The notes beneath the pieces are model-generated. The model searched no databases. It saw only the letters and a list, made by a program, of their open reading frames with translations, and was not told the origin of the DNA. Shown in pieces: positions 13,521-25,299 of a stretch of DNA of 27,348 nucleotides. Position 1 is the stretch's first letter. Each line of letters starts with the position of its first letter. The DNA is from Trichinella spiralis (lineage: Eukaryota): assembly GCF_000181795.1 (NCBI RefSeq), contig NW_003526945.1:4880393-4907740 (forward strand), read 5' to 3'. The position numbers and the translations under genes were made by a program.

Positions 13521-13773
13521 CTTTAATCGGCACTGCACAACCGGCAACGGTTTGGTGGATCAATGGGGGATGGAAAATTTTCAGCGGAACCGAACAGCAA
13601 AATATGCAAATGAGAAATTGATTGAACTCGAGCTAAATTTCAACCGTTTGTTTTTTTTTTATTCAACAACTGAACCAATCATTAACGAAATCATTCCCCC
13701 CGAAAAAACAAACAAACAAATCACAATTATCATCACAAATACAAAGGTTCTTTTTCAATTATAAATAAATGCG

Positions 13774-16700
13774 TCAGTTTTCTGCCTGAAAATCAAAAAA
13801 TTAAAAATTAATACACGTGAATAAAAAGAATAATGAACGCGTGTGTTTGATGTATGAAAAATTTGAATACAAACGGTGGGAAAATGCTTACCAAAATTTC
13901 GGCAAGATATAGTTGTCGTTTTTGTTCAATAGGCTTCTGAGAAAATGGATTCAATGTTCGAAAAGCAACCTGAACAAAAACATATTCAAAATTGTACACT
14001 TCAAATCAAAGTTCAACCGCGAAAACAAGCAAGCAAACACACAGTACAACAGTTGCTGTAAGCTAATTGCAACAGATGCAAGTTGTGAAAAATTTGCATC
14101 AATTACGGGTTCATCTAATTTGATTTGGAGCATTTGTTCAAATTAAACAAATTCCATCCGTGCATTCTCGTATCAATCAATTATGAAATTGTTCAATTGG
14201 TAAAATTTCACCCATATCTGCGTTATTATTGTTCAAAAATAAATAACGAACAAATTGTGCAAATGCATTGCGGGAAATTGAATTTCATCGGAGAACAAGT
14301 AAAAATTATGACGAACAACTTCCGCTCTTTCAATATTCCTTGAACATCAATGCTAATTTTCCATAGTTCGATTTCTTATTACAAATTCAACTTTCTCTCT
14401 CTCGCTCTCCCTCGTAAATGTAACATGAATTTGTTGCATCATTTGAACAACAGAATTTCATTTCCACACAAAATACAATGCACAATACTAGAGCCCCGTT
14501 ATTAGAAATTCTACGTGAAAAATGAAAATCTATGAAAAGCTTTTTTCCGTTCAACTTTATACATATTTCGATCAAAAATGGATGGAAATATATGTGTGTG
14601 TGAACGTTGCCGAATAGTTCGTTAACATCATCAGCAATTTATTTCAACGATGCCCGCCAAAATCGATGCCTGAAAACACCATTCCTCTTTTGAAAAGTAC
14701 TAACGGAATGGCAATCAACCGCTTCACATGAAAAACAAACGATCCGCATAAATAATACACAAATATACACACACACAAAGAGAGAGCGAGAGAGAGAGAG
14801 AGACAAGATATGCGCACATGCATACACATCTACATCTCTATGTATGCACATAAATAGACAGACAAGTGACAATTAGGAACGTGTGCAAATGATCAATTGA
14901 TTGGATCAATGGGAAACATTTTTGCGCTCGCTGAACTTTAACTAGGCAGTAAAAGCGAAAGCAGCAAGCAAAGGACCGTCGTCCAAGTCGAGTGGTGTCT
15001 CTGCTTCGACTTCATGCAAGACGTTTTCGACCAATCAAAAGTTGCCCCCAGCGCGGCATTTTCCACACTCCACTCCACTCCACTGACGAACATTTGAATA
15101 AAATATACAAACCATCCAACAACGTACAACTGACCGTTTAACCAACCGGCAGCAGGTCGTGTTTCGTAAATTTACATTCAAAAGAAACAATATCGAAATT
15201 CCATTTCAACAACATCTTGCCAGACAAAGCATGGCCTTCTATTTCGCCCTTTTCAACGTCACCTCAGTAAATATGGTAAGTTTTAAATTAATTAATTTCC
15301 AAAATAAACATCATATTCTACCCAAATCCTATTGTGCGCTATTGGAAATTGCCATTCGGTTTTATTTTCACATCAACGTGGACCTATCGACACGTATCAT
15401 TTGCAGAACTGAATATAAATTTGAAAAGAAAATTGTTTCACATTAAATATGCCACATTTTTACACAATTCTACTTTCTAACTGATGTCCGTCCATTTGTC
15501 CAGCATATGTGGATAAATTTGTTTGCTCGTTGAAAAATGCAAATCACATCAGCCAAAAACGTAAATATCGAGGTGTTAAAATAAGCTAATAAATAAATGG
15601 AGACAAAAAGAAGAATTGGAATCAATTGCGCAACCACTAATTTTCTGCCCTTGATAAACTGATGCGATGACAATCGTTTGGACAATATCCGTCAAGCAAA
15701 TGAGCATGTGCGCCGGGTGAAGAAGCGTTTCCGAAGCTGATAGTCCAAATCCACCAGGACGAGAAACAGCATTCTCTAATCTCTCAGGTCATCAAAAGCG
15801 TTGTGCAACAATCGAACGCTGTCCATTCCCAAAGCACAAAAGTCGATGATGCCACCAAATAAATATGCATCAAATTAGAAAAAAACAACAACCAACCAAC
15901 CAATCGTCTGTTTCGTTGTGCAAGATTTAAAAAAATTTTTTACACTTTCACAATTAATTGAACTGAAAATTATCGATATTCCCCCCTCCCCCACCCCACC
16001 CCAAATTATTCTTCAAATTCAATATATATATATATATATGCATAGCAAGCAAGCAATGCTACAAAGACACACCACAATGTTGCTTTGTTCTTTTTTTTCC
16101 ATTCAGAAACATCGCCTACAGACGATGGATTATGAAAAATTGAAATCGACTCACAAGTCACCAATTGGCAGTCGTTCAATTGTGGAAGATTTTGATCCAA
16201 TTTATGAGAACAAAATCAACCAAGAGAAGGCGATCGTTCTTGGATTTGTCAATGGAAGCAGCGTTTTGGCTAACAAGCGTCGTGGTGAAGTTGTTCCAAA
16301 ATCACGTCGTCGAGTATCAGTGGTGGAAAATTTGAAACCAACAAAACCACCCCAACTGTGCCGTCAAATTGAAATTACAAATGAAAAAAGCCCAACGGCT
16401 GTACGTGAGGTTCCAAAAAAAGCACTTTCCAGGGTGATGTCGTCGTTTTGGCGATGGGATTTGTTCAAGAAGAATCGCGTCGACCGAACATCAACGCCAC
16501 AACAAGCGTTGACGGAAAAATTGCACAAGAAAATACCAAATTCAAAAAGTAAACCAGAACAGAAATGCATAAATATCCATATATATATATATATATATAC
16601 TTTTTTTTGGTTTCATAGATGTGGTCGTCTGTTGCACAGCAAAAACAAAAGACAATGAACAAAAGCAATATGCAGAAAAGATGATCACCTACGAAGCGGT

Positions 16701-19700
16701 TCTGGTGCAGCAGAGCAAAAAAAGCAATACTCATCAAGTGAACAGAAAAGCCAACCGCGGCACGAGTCGACTTCAACATTGTTGTGGTGGACGAATTAAT
16801 TACGCGTTCGATTTCAGCTCGGAATTGCACACGACGGAAAAGCTGTGCGTCTGTTGACCACATCTCCCCTCCCTCCCTCCCTCCCTCATTCCAATGATGA
16901 TGATTCGACCGTTGTTGCGAAATAAACAAAATTTAAATTTTAAAGTCTCTCCCGCCTTCTTACCTGAGCGAGTGCTTTGTAGTCGTTCATCGATTCACCA
17001 ATTTTGCTAAGACACGAATGAAGCGCGCCGGACGATTTGCAGGCGACAATTTCATCCTCTTTCAACTTCAAAGCAGCAATGGCAAAACGAAACAAAACCT
17101 GCGACAAAATTTTAGAAAATGCAAAAAAAAAATTTTTTTTTCAATTAATTTTCAAATGAATATTATACTTTGTTGCCTTCGAAGAGAAAACAATCCCAAA
17201 TGTTCAAATAAGTTTGATGGGGAAAATTGTCGACAAAAATTGTGAGAAACCAGCTGAACGTGAACAACGACAAATCCACTTCAAATGAACGCAAATGTGC
17301 ATACACTTTGGGCAATTTTTCATGCACAATTTCGTCCAACACGCGCTACAATAAAATTATATCATTCGAAGTAGCAAGATTGAGAAGAAAAACAAATAAC
17401 AAATGCAAATTTCACCTGATCCGCCTGAGCTGCAATTACCGTTCGACCGTAGTAATTTCGAGGCTGCAAATGTTCAATGATGGCAACAAGAGCCCAAAAG
17501 GCGTCTTCTTCTGAAAGATACAACAACGCCACGGCCGCCAGTCGATTTAAACCCTAATCAAAGTGGAAAATAGAAATCAACAAAAGAACGATCAACAAAT
17601 CAAAGCGATCAACTTGGCAATATCCAATGTCGGCGTTGTGCTGCCGATATGCGTAAAGCACGCGACGCAGCGGTTCTATCTTTTCCGCTTGCATGTCTTC
17701 AAAATGACGATTGTGCGGAAGAGTTCTTGCCAAATCTAAGTCGATCTTCAATTCCAATTGTTAACAACCGAAACATTACAAAAACAGGATATCTGTTTTC
17801 TTTTTTTACAAAATCAAAATTAAACCCTGCTTATCATTAATACTATACGACAGTATGCATATAAAAAAAACCGCTTAAAAAAGAGACAATGCACACGTTA
17901 ATGTTTATCTCATTTTATCGTAACTTTCACTTTAGGCAGAATTAAAGAAAAATAATACTAAAATTACTAACAGTACCTGTTTGAAAGATGGATCATAACC
18001 TTCAGACGATTTGGCAAGACCCTGACGGCACAAGCAGGTGAAATAGCCAGTGCCCACTTCAGCGAGTGTATCTTTCACCCAGTTATTAATCAGACTGTCG
18101 AAAAGCAAAGCAAATCAAAAAAAAAACAATTGCTCGAAAACGAAAAAAAAAGAAATGCCAACTCTTTCCAAACTCTTGCACGATAAGCATGTGGTACGCC
18201 GCTTCGAATCAGTTGTTTAAGTTCAGCATTCGGTTCGAGAAGCCTTCCGGAAAAGTTGACCAAAAAACTATCCCAACGGGTAAGCCAGTCCAAATACAGT
18301 TCATCCGCTTCCTCAAATAAATAGAAATGAAGCATAAAAGTACAAGGCGCTTTTTCAAAAACCAAAAATTTACTTTTTTTTGCTTCGAAGAAATTTGATC
18401 CGACTTGCGTTGCAGATCACCTGCTCTTTGTACAAGTTCTTCATTTAAGCTACCTGAGCCGGCATGCGATGCGGTGAAATAAAATCCCAAATCATCAGTG
18501 AAACTACAACAAAATTCAGTGCATCTTGATTTTCCGTCGTATCATTTTTCTTTAATCTTACTAATCGCATTGCGCTTTGTCGTCCAACAACGTTTTTCTA
18601 GCTTCTTTTACCAACTCTTCGACAACATTAAGCGAAAGAACTAAAATCAACCTTTTTCTTCATTTGAATCAATTAGCAACAGCTTATACCTTTATTGGGA
18701 CGGAAATGATTCAACAAAAGTAAATAACGACTCTTCAGCTGATAAAATTGTGCCTCCATGTTGTAGTAGCGTTTAGTATGACTAATTTCACGACTTTCCA
18801 TGTGCCGTATGAGATTATGCAATTCTAAAATTTCCTTGTTCAAAAACTGATTCTGAGTTTCATAGCCAGACACCAAATCCTAAAATAAAATAGAAACAAA
18901 ACAAACACACCAGTAGCTAAAAAAAGAAACAATTTGGACAAAAATACTACACAGACAGGCCTACTTTCATCTTATCCACCTCTTGGTCAACTACATCAGT
19001 AATTTCTATATCTTCAAAAAATGGTTCGACTGCGTCAAGAATTAAATCCGAATTTACAGAATCTTGTTCTATTAAAAAAATAAAACTATTACACTACAGT
19101 TCACACTGAACAATTTAATCAACTCACTTTGAGTGCAGCACTCGTTTGTTAAACGAAGAATAATTTCATCTTTCGAACGAAGAGCCTGTCTATAAGATTC
19201 CATGTCGTCGACTTGTTTTAGCATCTGTTTTTCAAAATTTCTAAAAAAAATATTCAATCATAAAACTTGATTATCATTCTTTAAAGTGTTGCCAATTTTC
19301 AATGGTACAGCGGTATGAAAATGGTTTTGGATTTTCACAAAGATACACAAAATCAAACTAACTTCACTTTATCTGTAGCTTTTTTCAGCTCAGATTTAAA
19401 TTTTTCATTTTCCGCTTGCAGTTGCGCTCGCTGCGATTCTGTATCTAAATAGAATTGTAATCGTTCACTTTCGTTTCCAGTAGCATTTATCAGCCGCTGC
19501 AAAGCCGCAGTTTGATCCTTGTTGGCCACGATACTGTTCTGCAAAACTTGAATCAGATCCCGACTAGCCGCAACTTCATCATGCAAATCCAAACATCTCT
19601 CTTTCAGCGCATTCACTACTGTGATCAGCTTGAAAAGAAAAACAACCAAATAAGCAACATCACATTGACCATTGACAATTTACCTCATCGTAGTTTTTCT

Positions 19701-20958
19701 TTGAACGTAACAAAGGAAACGACGAAAAATTAAAACCATTCAATTTGGTCGCACTTTGACTCGCTTCTAACAAATAAAAATGACATCTCACGAATCGACA
19801 GAGCAAAAGTAATTTTAATTTAAAAAAAATTGCAATTTATTAAAGTATATTTTAGTCAGTGACAATTTAAAACGCTGTAAATAAAGCTGATTAAAAATTA
19901 ACATCAAAATTACCTCATGCAATTCATCTGACAGAACAACTAATAATTCGTTCATTATTCAATAAACATGGTAGAGTATAAGCTATAAGAATAATAAAAA
20001 TCTGTAAAAACAAAAATAATAATAATACCAAGTAAATGTTTTGTACAACAAATTTACAATTCCGCGTCACTGTAAAATAACAGAATAAAGTTTGCTGAAA
20101 ATTAATTAAGCAACAACTGAGATCAACAACAATCCTACACAACAAACTTTCAAAAAAGACATTCAGTTCATTTACCCGATTCAGCTGCCGAAATCTTGCT
20201 ACTTTTGAGATATTGCATTTTTTTCGTCGTAGCATCTGCAGCGTTAGAAAAAGTCTGCTTATCGTCATAATTGACACCTTCTGACACAGGATACTGAAAA
20301 CTGTTCTCGTGCAAGCCGCCCTTTTCATCTACGTAAAATACAGACGATCTTTCTTCAGTTTCTGCAGCTGGTTCGATGGAAAAATTATCCGCAGACGAAA
20401 ATCCAAGAGATGGAAGAAACTCTGCCAGATCGGGCAATTTGGGAAACAATTCAGCTTCACTGCCGAACTCTTTTGCCTGTGATTCAATGCAAATACGACG
20501 CTGGGTCTGCAACGCTTGCAACCAATAGAGGCGAGATTTGCAATCGGGCGCTTCAAGAATTAAACTTTCTCCATTGGACCTGAAAAGGTGAAATTTCCCT
20601 TTTAAACAGCAAAGAGGAAACAGCAATGCAGATGACTGAACCGTATGACAAATGTGCAATTTTGCTTCGGATCGTATGTGAACACAGCGGTAGGCAAATA
20701 AATCCTCCCAACAGGTGTGAATTCGCGCTCAGATCGGTAATAATATAGAAATAATGCATTTTCTTCTAAAACAAACCACCTCTTTTTTGTAGATTTCAGC
20801 GGTCCTGAAACAGAAAAACAATATTTAAATCGGAATCTAAGAACTGATAATGACAAAAAGCAAACAAGCAAACCAATTGTTTCTATCAATTTCAAATATC
20901 CAGAGTGGCGTTTACCAGTTTCTGGAGGAAGCATTTCCTTCGAAGTTGATGCTGCCAT
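13774..20958 (-). CDS. tbc-2: TBC1D2/TBC-2-type Rab GTPase-activating protein (PH + coiled coil + TBC domain), 18 exons, ~851 aa
   Basis: Phase-consistent minus-strand exons: 20958-20874, 20804-20642, 20579-20176, 19766-19684, 19628-19363, 19240-19128, 19068-18965, 18879-18690, 18640-18562, 18503-18374, 18311-18163, 18094-17977, 17745-17614, 17553-17416, 17345-17169, 17098-16964, 13969-13892, 13785-13774. PH domain: HSGYLKL...KKRWFVL...LYYYRS...LILEAPD...YWLQALQ. TBC motifs: LKQLIRSGVPHAYRARVW, IDLDLART (R-finger), YCQG (Q-finger), WFLTIF, IWDCFLFEG. TBC1D2-like segments: QNQFLNKEILEL, YFTDDLGF, VAFRTLNPF. Confidence 0.92.
14766..14803 (+). repeat. Compound (AC)n/(GA)n microsatellite in the tbc-2 intron
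   Basis: Directly visible. Confidence 0.85.
16125..16857 (+). CDS. Orphan Lys/Ser/Arg-rich protein (~220 aa) nested antisense in the large tbc-2 intron
   Basis: Exons 16125-16548 and 16619-16857 join in frame across a 70-bp GT-AG intron. A strong acceptor TTCCATTCAG ends at 16106. A possible upstream in-frame exon 15231-15275 (MAFYFALFNVTSVNM) ends in G|GTAAGT. No recognisable domain. Confidence 0.6.
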
Positions 20959-21696
20959 ACTCCAATAAACAGATACTCAGTGTTCAATAATAAATCTTTT
21001 AAGGTAATATATTTAAAAAAAGACACAGTGCATGTAAAGTAAATATACGTTCTGTAACATATATGATGTTGTAATATGAAAATTCATTACAATATGCATA
21101 ATTTTAAGCTTTTCTTCTATTCAGTAACGTAATGTTTCAAAAACATGCAAAATAAATCACTACAAACAATTCATCAAAGCATTATCAATACAAATTACCG
21201 AAGTAAAACTAGAAATCAGGAATTAATTGCATCTCAACTGCTTGCTATTTGGTTATTAAAATTTAATGCTATAAAAATAAGATTTTTGATAATTAAAGTA
21301 ATTTTTTTTATCAAAACTTTTTTAAATTTATTTAATGATCAGTTTGTTTTGAAAAAGGATTCTACAGTATGCTGTAGAGCGGTATAAAAATGACTTGCAA
21401 TGCAACTCACTTCAAAGCAAACTTTTGAACCAGGTCTTTAAAATGCTCAATCCAAAGCAAATTTGTTAATAAATTTATAATTTTAAATTGCTAGTCAGCT
21501 TTTAAATGTATAATTTAGCTACTACTAATATACATATAGAAGATAAACAGTAAAGCTAAGAATAAAAAAGTAACCATTAAAAAGAAACCAAAATTTGACA
21601 AATAGAATGTATGAAAATGACAACCAGTAAAATTTAGACTTTCAACAGCGAGTAAAATTCATCGTAACAACAACTAATGAAATTTAGCCGCCGTGT

Positions 21697-21752
21697 GAAC
21701 CAATAAAATTTAAAACCAATCAGAGTTCTACGCAAAATTTACAACCAATCAA
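21697..21752 (+). promoter_or_regulatory. Cluster of three CCAAT boxes
   Basis: CCAAT, each preceded by AA, at 21700, 21716 and 21745, upstream of the copy 1 TATA in the divergent tbc-2/copy 1 interval. Confidence 0.45.
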
Positions 21753-21825
21753 AGTGTGAAGCGGCATATCTTTGATGTATACTCGGGGTCTACCCCTTTA
21801 TTTTAAAGACAATTTGTTTAAATTC

Positions 21826-21880
21826 CACTTTAAACAAAATAAGTGTATAAATAAGTCGGTTTTAGTTTTCATTTCATTCC
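21826..21880 (+). promoter_or_regulatory. Core promoter of family copy 1 (CACTTTAA box, TATA, Inr-like TCATTC)
   Basis: TATAAATA at 21846; TCATTC with its A at 21876 (30 bp downstream). The cassette is conserved in all three copies. Confidence 0.65.
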
Positions 21881-21938
21881 ACAACAAATCTTTCGTCGTG
21901 AACGGTCGACGCTAAAGAGTTGAAAGTTCTACGCAAAG

Positions 21939-22921
21939 ATGCTAGAAACAGATTTTTATTGTTTTACCACTTTTGGGTATTACCAGGACTGTAATCCATT
22001 GCTCTGGTTCATCATACTTAGAGACGTGGTACGTCCTTGTCCTCCATCTCTCCGCGAAGGTAAACAATTATACACTAATAAACTTTCTTTCAAGAAAAAC
22101 ATACTGACCGTAATTCACTTTTAGTGGCGAATCAATGCTCCAGTTTGAAACCGCTGTGGAAGCAGGTGGCAGAAATGAGAATGCGATTCTTGGGTACAAC
22201 ATCACGTGAGGCCGCCATAAAAGTTACTGATGTGATATCAGCACCGAGTTCACAGTGTGTTGATCTGGCAGCATCTTTCATTAAAGGTAACATTATGCAA
22301 ATACAAATGATCATCATATATTCGATAATTTGCTGATTATTTTCACAAGGGTACGAAAGTAAATTAGAAGAAAAAGACAAGGTATTGGAGATCAAGATCG
22401 ATGGAGGATTTAGTGAATCGATTGGTTATTATCAGATGCACGAACAATTCAAAACATGCTTCATAGAATGCGGACATCGTATTGATAAAACCTATGAGTA
22501 TGAATTAAATTCTTATAAATGGACGTTACATCCCGATCTTAGATAAATTTCAACAACGCTTATCCCTTGTAAACTTAGATTAAGTTACAACTGTTTATCC
22601 GTTAAAAATTTACATAAGACAATGCTGAAAAGTATGGGAAACTTATGAATTTTTGTTTTCAGAACAAGCTACAAAAAATGTCCAAAAAACAGCAATTACG
22701 AGACATCTGCTGAAATAAATGATCGTTTAATGGAAACAGTGAAATCAATAAGAACAAAGTATGCAGATTCAACAAACAGAACAGTGGCTATATTTGTGGA
22801 CGGAAGTCTGCAATCGGAGTTACAATTTCTAATTACTGAGCCACCGACAACGTTGGAGATACATATTCTCAAGGCAATGGTTGCTGAGTACAATCGTAAG
22901 GCAAACGAAAATGAAGACTGA
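21939..22921 (+). CDS. Tandem family copy 1: degenerate histidine-phosphatase (PGM/Sts-UBASH3-like) fold protein, ~229 aa
   Basis: Exons 21939-22059, 22125-22286, 22350-22497, 22663-22921 are in frame and have the same intron positions as copy 2. Motifs: WFIILRD, VTDVISAPSSQCVDLAASFIKG, LEIKIDGGFSE, GHRIDKTYE, YETSAEINDRL, TVAIFVDGSL. Confidence 0.8.
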
Positions 22922-23105
22922 AGTGTGATGAATGAAAATCTACTGATCGGATATTTATTATCCATCTCACTATTTTCACTGCTATTATATTTAAAACTCA
23001 TGTTTTATGATGAAAATTGTTTCGTTTTGGTCGAATGTAGTTTCAAAAATGACAATTCAATTCTTTTTTTATAACAATTATAATAATCAAAATCATTACA
23101 TTTTT

Positions 23106-23135
23106 AATAAAATAAAATAAAATAAAATAAAATAG
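23106..23135 (+). repeat. (AATAA)n repeat overlapping the likely poly(A) signals of copy 1
   Basis: Directly visible; multiple AATAAA about 190 bp after the stop. Confidence 0.8.
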
Positions 23136-23172
23136 TGTTTTGCTTGTTTTCATGCGCATAAAATATGCTAAA

Positions 23173-23375
23173 CGCTGAAAATTAATAAAGCGATGGTCCA
23201 GTTCGCGCCAAATTTTGACCTAATTTTTTTATTGGTCGTTGAAAGCGCTATTTTGCTTAAATCAACCAAGATGACAGCGGTACGATGGTCCAATAAAATA
23301 GTGCGTCCAACGACCAATAAGAAAATTAGGTCAAAATTTGGCGCGAAGTTGGTCAAACCGCTGAAAGTTAATAAA
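23173..23375. mobile_element. Foldback/MITE-like insertion with 40-bp inverted arms and a 17-bp flanking direct repeat
   Basis: Arms 23202-23241 and 23308-23347 are reverse complements at 39/40. Flanks are CGCTGAAAATTAATAAA (23173-23189) and CGCTGAAAGTTAATAAA (23359-23375). The element is absent from the paralogous site near 25572-25590. Confidence 0.65.
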
Positions 23376-24247
23376 TTATTTCCATAATAAATATTGATTT
23401 GCAATTTCATTAATTGATACAATTTTCATATGATTATCTGTACTGCATGTAATGTTTTTTTTAAATTTTAACTAAATGCGTGGGTTGTGTTGTTATGGTG
23501 TCGGAAATTTGAATCAAAACGGCTTGCCATCTTGTCGATCTTTTCTTCCATGTGGTCAAAATTTTCGTTGTTCACCAAAATGAAACTTATTCTTACTTTT
23601 GTCACAAATTTCAACTGATAATACTCAGCTCAAAGTGCTGAAAAACCGGTTTTTCAGTGCCTCAGTGCTACTAATTTCATCTTCGATTATAAATCTCAAT
23701 TTACATAAAAATGATAATAATCATAATCATCAAATGGTTGAGGTATAGTGAAATTAGGTCAACCGCTGTTTGAATATAAGCTGACAGCTTTTTTGCAAAT
23801 TTTGACCGATACTTTACGCACACAATGCTGGTGCTATATTGAAAATTTGCTGCTGACGTTTTATGTTGATTAGTTCGCCCGAGTAGCGAAGCAAAATTAA
23901 AGACAATCATGTTTTGAAGATCTTTTTGTAGTTCAACAAATTATGAATATTGAATATTATAATTTACATTTAAAAAATCACTTTATTCCTTAATGTTGAA
24001 AATATAGGTTGTTTAGCTTCAAAATAGTTCGACGAGATTATGTGAAATGGATTTCAGAAATCGCTAATCTGTTGAATATTGACAATCCTAACAATGTTAG
24101 AAAAAAAAATTATAAACAAAATAATAATAATAAATAATTCGATTCATTTAATTAAAATTTAATAAAATTATACAATAACCAAATTGTTAAAGTTGACAGT
24201 CAGGTACATTTATTCCTTATTAAAAATCTACTCATTTATTGCCACGT

Positions 24248-24302
24248 CACTTTAAACAAAATAAAGGTATAAATAAAATCGGTTTAAATTTTTATTTCAT
24301 TC
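24248..24302 (+). promoter_or_regulatory. Core promoter of family copy 2
   Basis: CACTTTAAAC; TATAAATA at 24268; TCATTC with its A at 24299 (31 bp). Confidence 0.65.
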
Positions 24303-24350
24303 TTCAATTATTTTTCTGTCGTGCGCAGGCGTCGAAACTTTTGAACAAGC

Positions 24351-25299
24351 ATGTCGGGGCCTAATTTCAAATCGTTTGAGTCGTGGGTTTTCCGCTGGGA
24401 GTCTACCCCAACGATGTGGTTTATTTTGGTTGATGATGACGGATTTCCTGTTCTACGTCTGCGTGAAGGTAATCATTAATCCAGTAATGAACTTTCTTCT
24501 CAAAAGAATATTTACCGTAATTCAAATTTAGGGAAAAACGAGGCGAGCGAAAGGAATTTCCAGTCTATGACAGCGGTAGAAAAAAAATCTCATGTGATGG
24601 GCCAAGCATCCCATATAGAGCACTTCAACATCTCTGAGGTTATTTGCGCCCCGAGCATCAAGTGTATTGTTGCAGCTGATAGTTTTATCAATGGTAACAT
24701 TCAGATATTACAGTTGATCATCGTGAATTTAATAATTTGCCTATTCTTTTTTTAAGGATTCCAACGTGAAAAAAAAGATGAAGGTAAAGGTTTGAACGTA
24801 AAAATTGATGGTGGGTTGAGTTCCACTGTCGAGTGTTATTATTTGCACAAAGAATTTCGATCACTGGTTGTTGAACGTGGATATGATGTCGATGAAACCT
24901 ACGAGTATGAATGAAATTTTCATAAATAATCTTTTATTCCTACTTTAAATAAGTTTCAGTAAAATTTATCTTTTCAATGCTGTGATTAAGATAAAAATTT
25001 TTGTCTATTTTCTTCATAATCATAATGATCTTAATCGAGTGGGCAGTGCTGGAAAGAATTAAAATATTTATTGATTTTTTAGGTCTTCCGTTGAAAGGTC
25101 AACAAAGTGCAAAGAAGATCCGCATGTTGATTTGGATTCGCGGCTAAGCGCTGCCTTGAAATTTATGAGAAGAAAGTATTCAGATCCAGAGGGCGGAGTG
25201 GTCGCAGTTTTTGTGGACAAATCTTTGGGGAGCGTGCTGAGAAATGCAGTTCGTCGGTCACGGTTGATGGTCAAACTGCATGTTCCTGCTGTAGAATAA
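24351..25299 (+). CDS. Tandem family copy 2: degenerate histidine-phosphatase fold protein, ~214 aa
   Basis: Exons 24351-24468, 24532-24693, 24757-24904, 25083-25299. The internal exons (162 and 148 bp) match copy 1 in length. Motifs: WFILVDD, ISEVICAPSIKCIVAADSFING, LNVKIDGGLS, GYDVDETYE, VVAVFVDKSL. Confidence 0.8.

Larger units (their letters stand above)
22934..23727 (+). repeat. Duplicated 3' flank of copy 1, paralogous to ~25352-25947
   Basis: Colinear shared blocks, e.g. ATCGGATATTTATTATCCATCTCA, TCATGTTTTATGATGAAAATTGTTT, CAAAATTTTCGTTGTTCACCAAA, AAAACCGGTTT, CATAAAAATGATAA. Confidence 0.85.

Noticed and set aside
11082..13526. Plus-strand ORFs such as 11082-11477, 11499-11918 and 12974-13324
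   Set aside because: Antisense shadows of the minus-strand HAUS3-like exons.
17018..19733. Plus-strand ORFs over the tbc-2 body
   Set aside because: Antisense shadows of tbc-2 exons.
23168..23422. Two opposite-strand ORFs sharing FAPNFDLIFLLVV
   Set aside because: Artefact of translating the inverted repeat.
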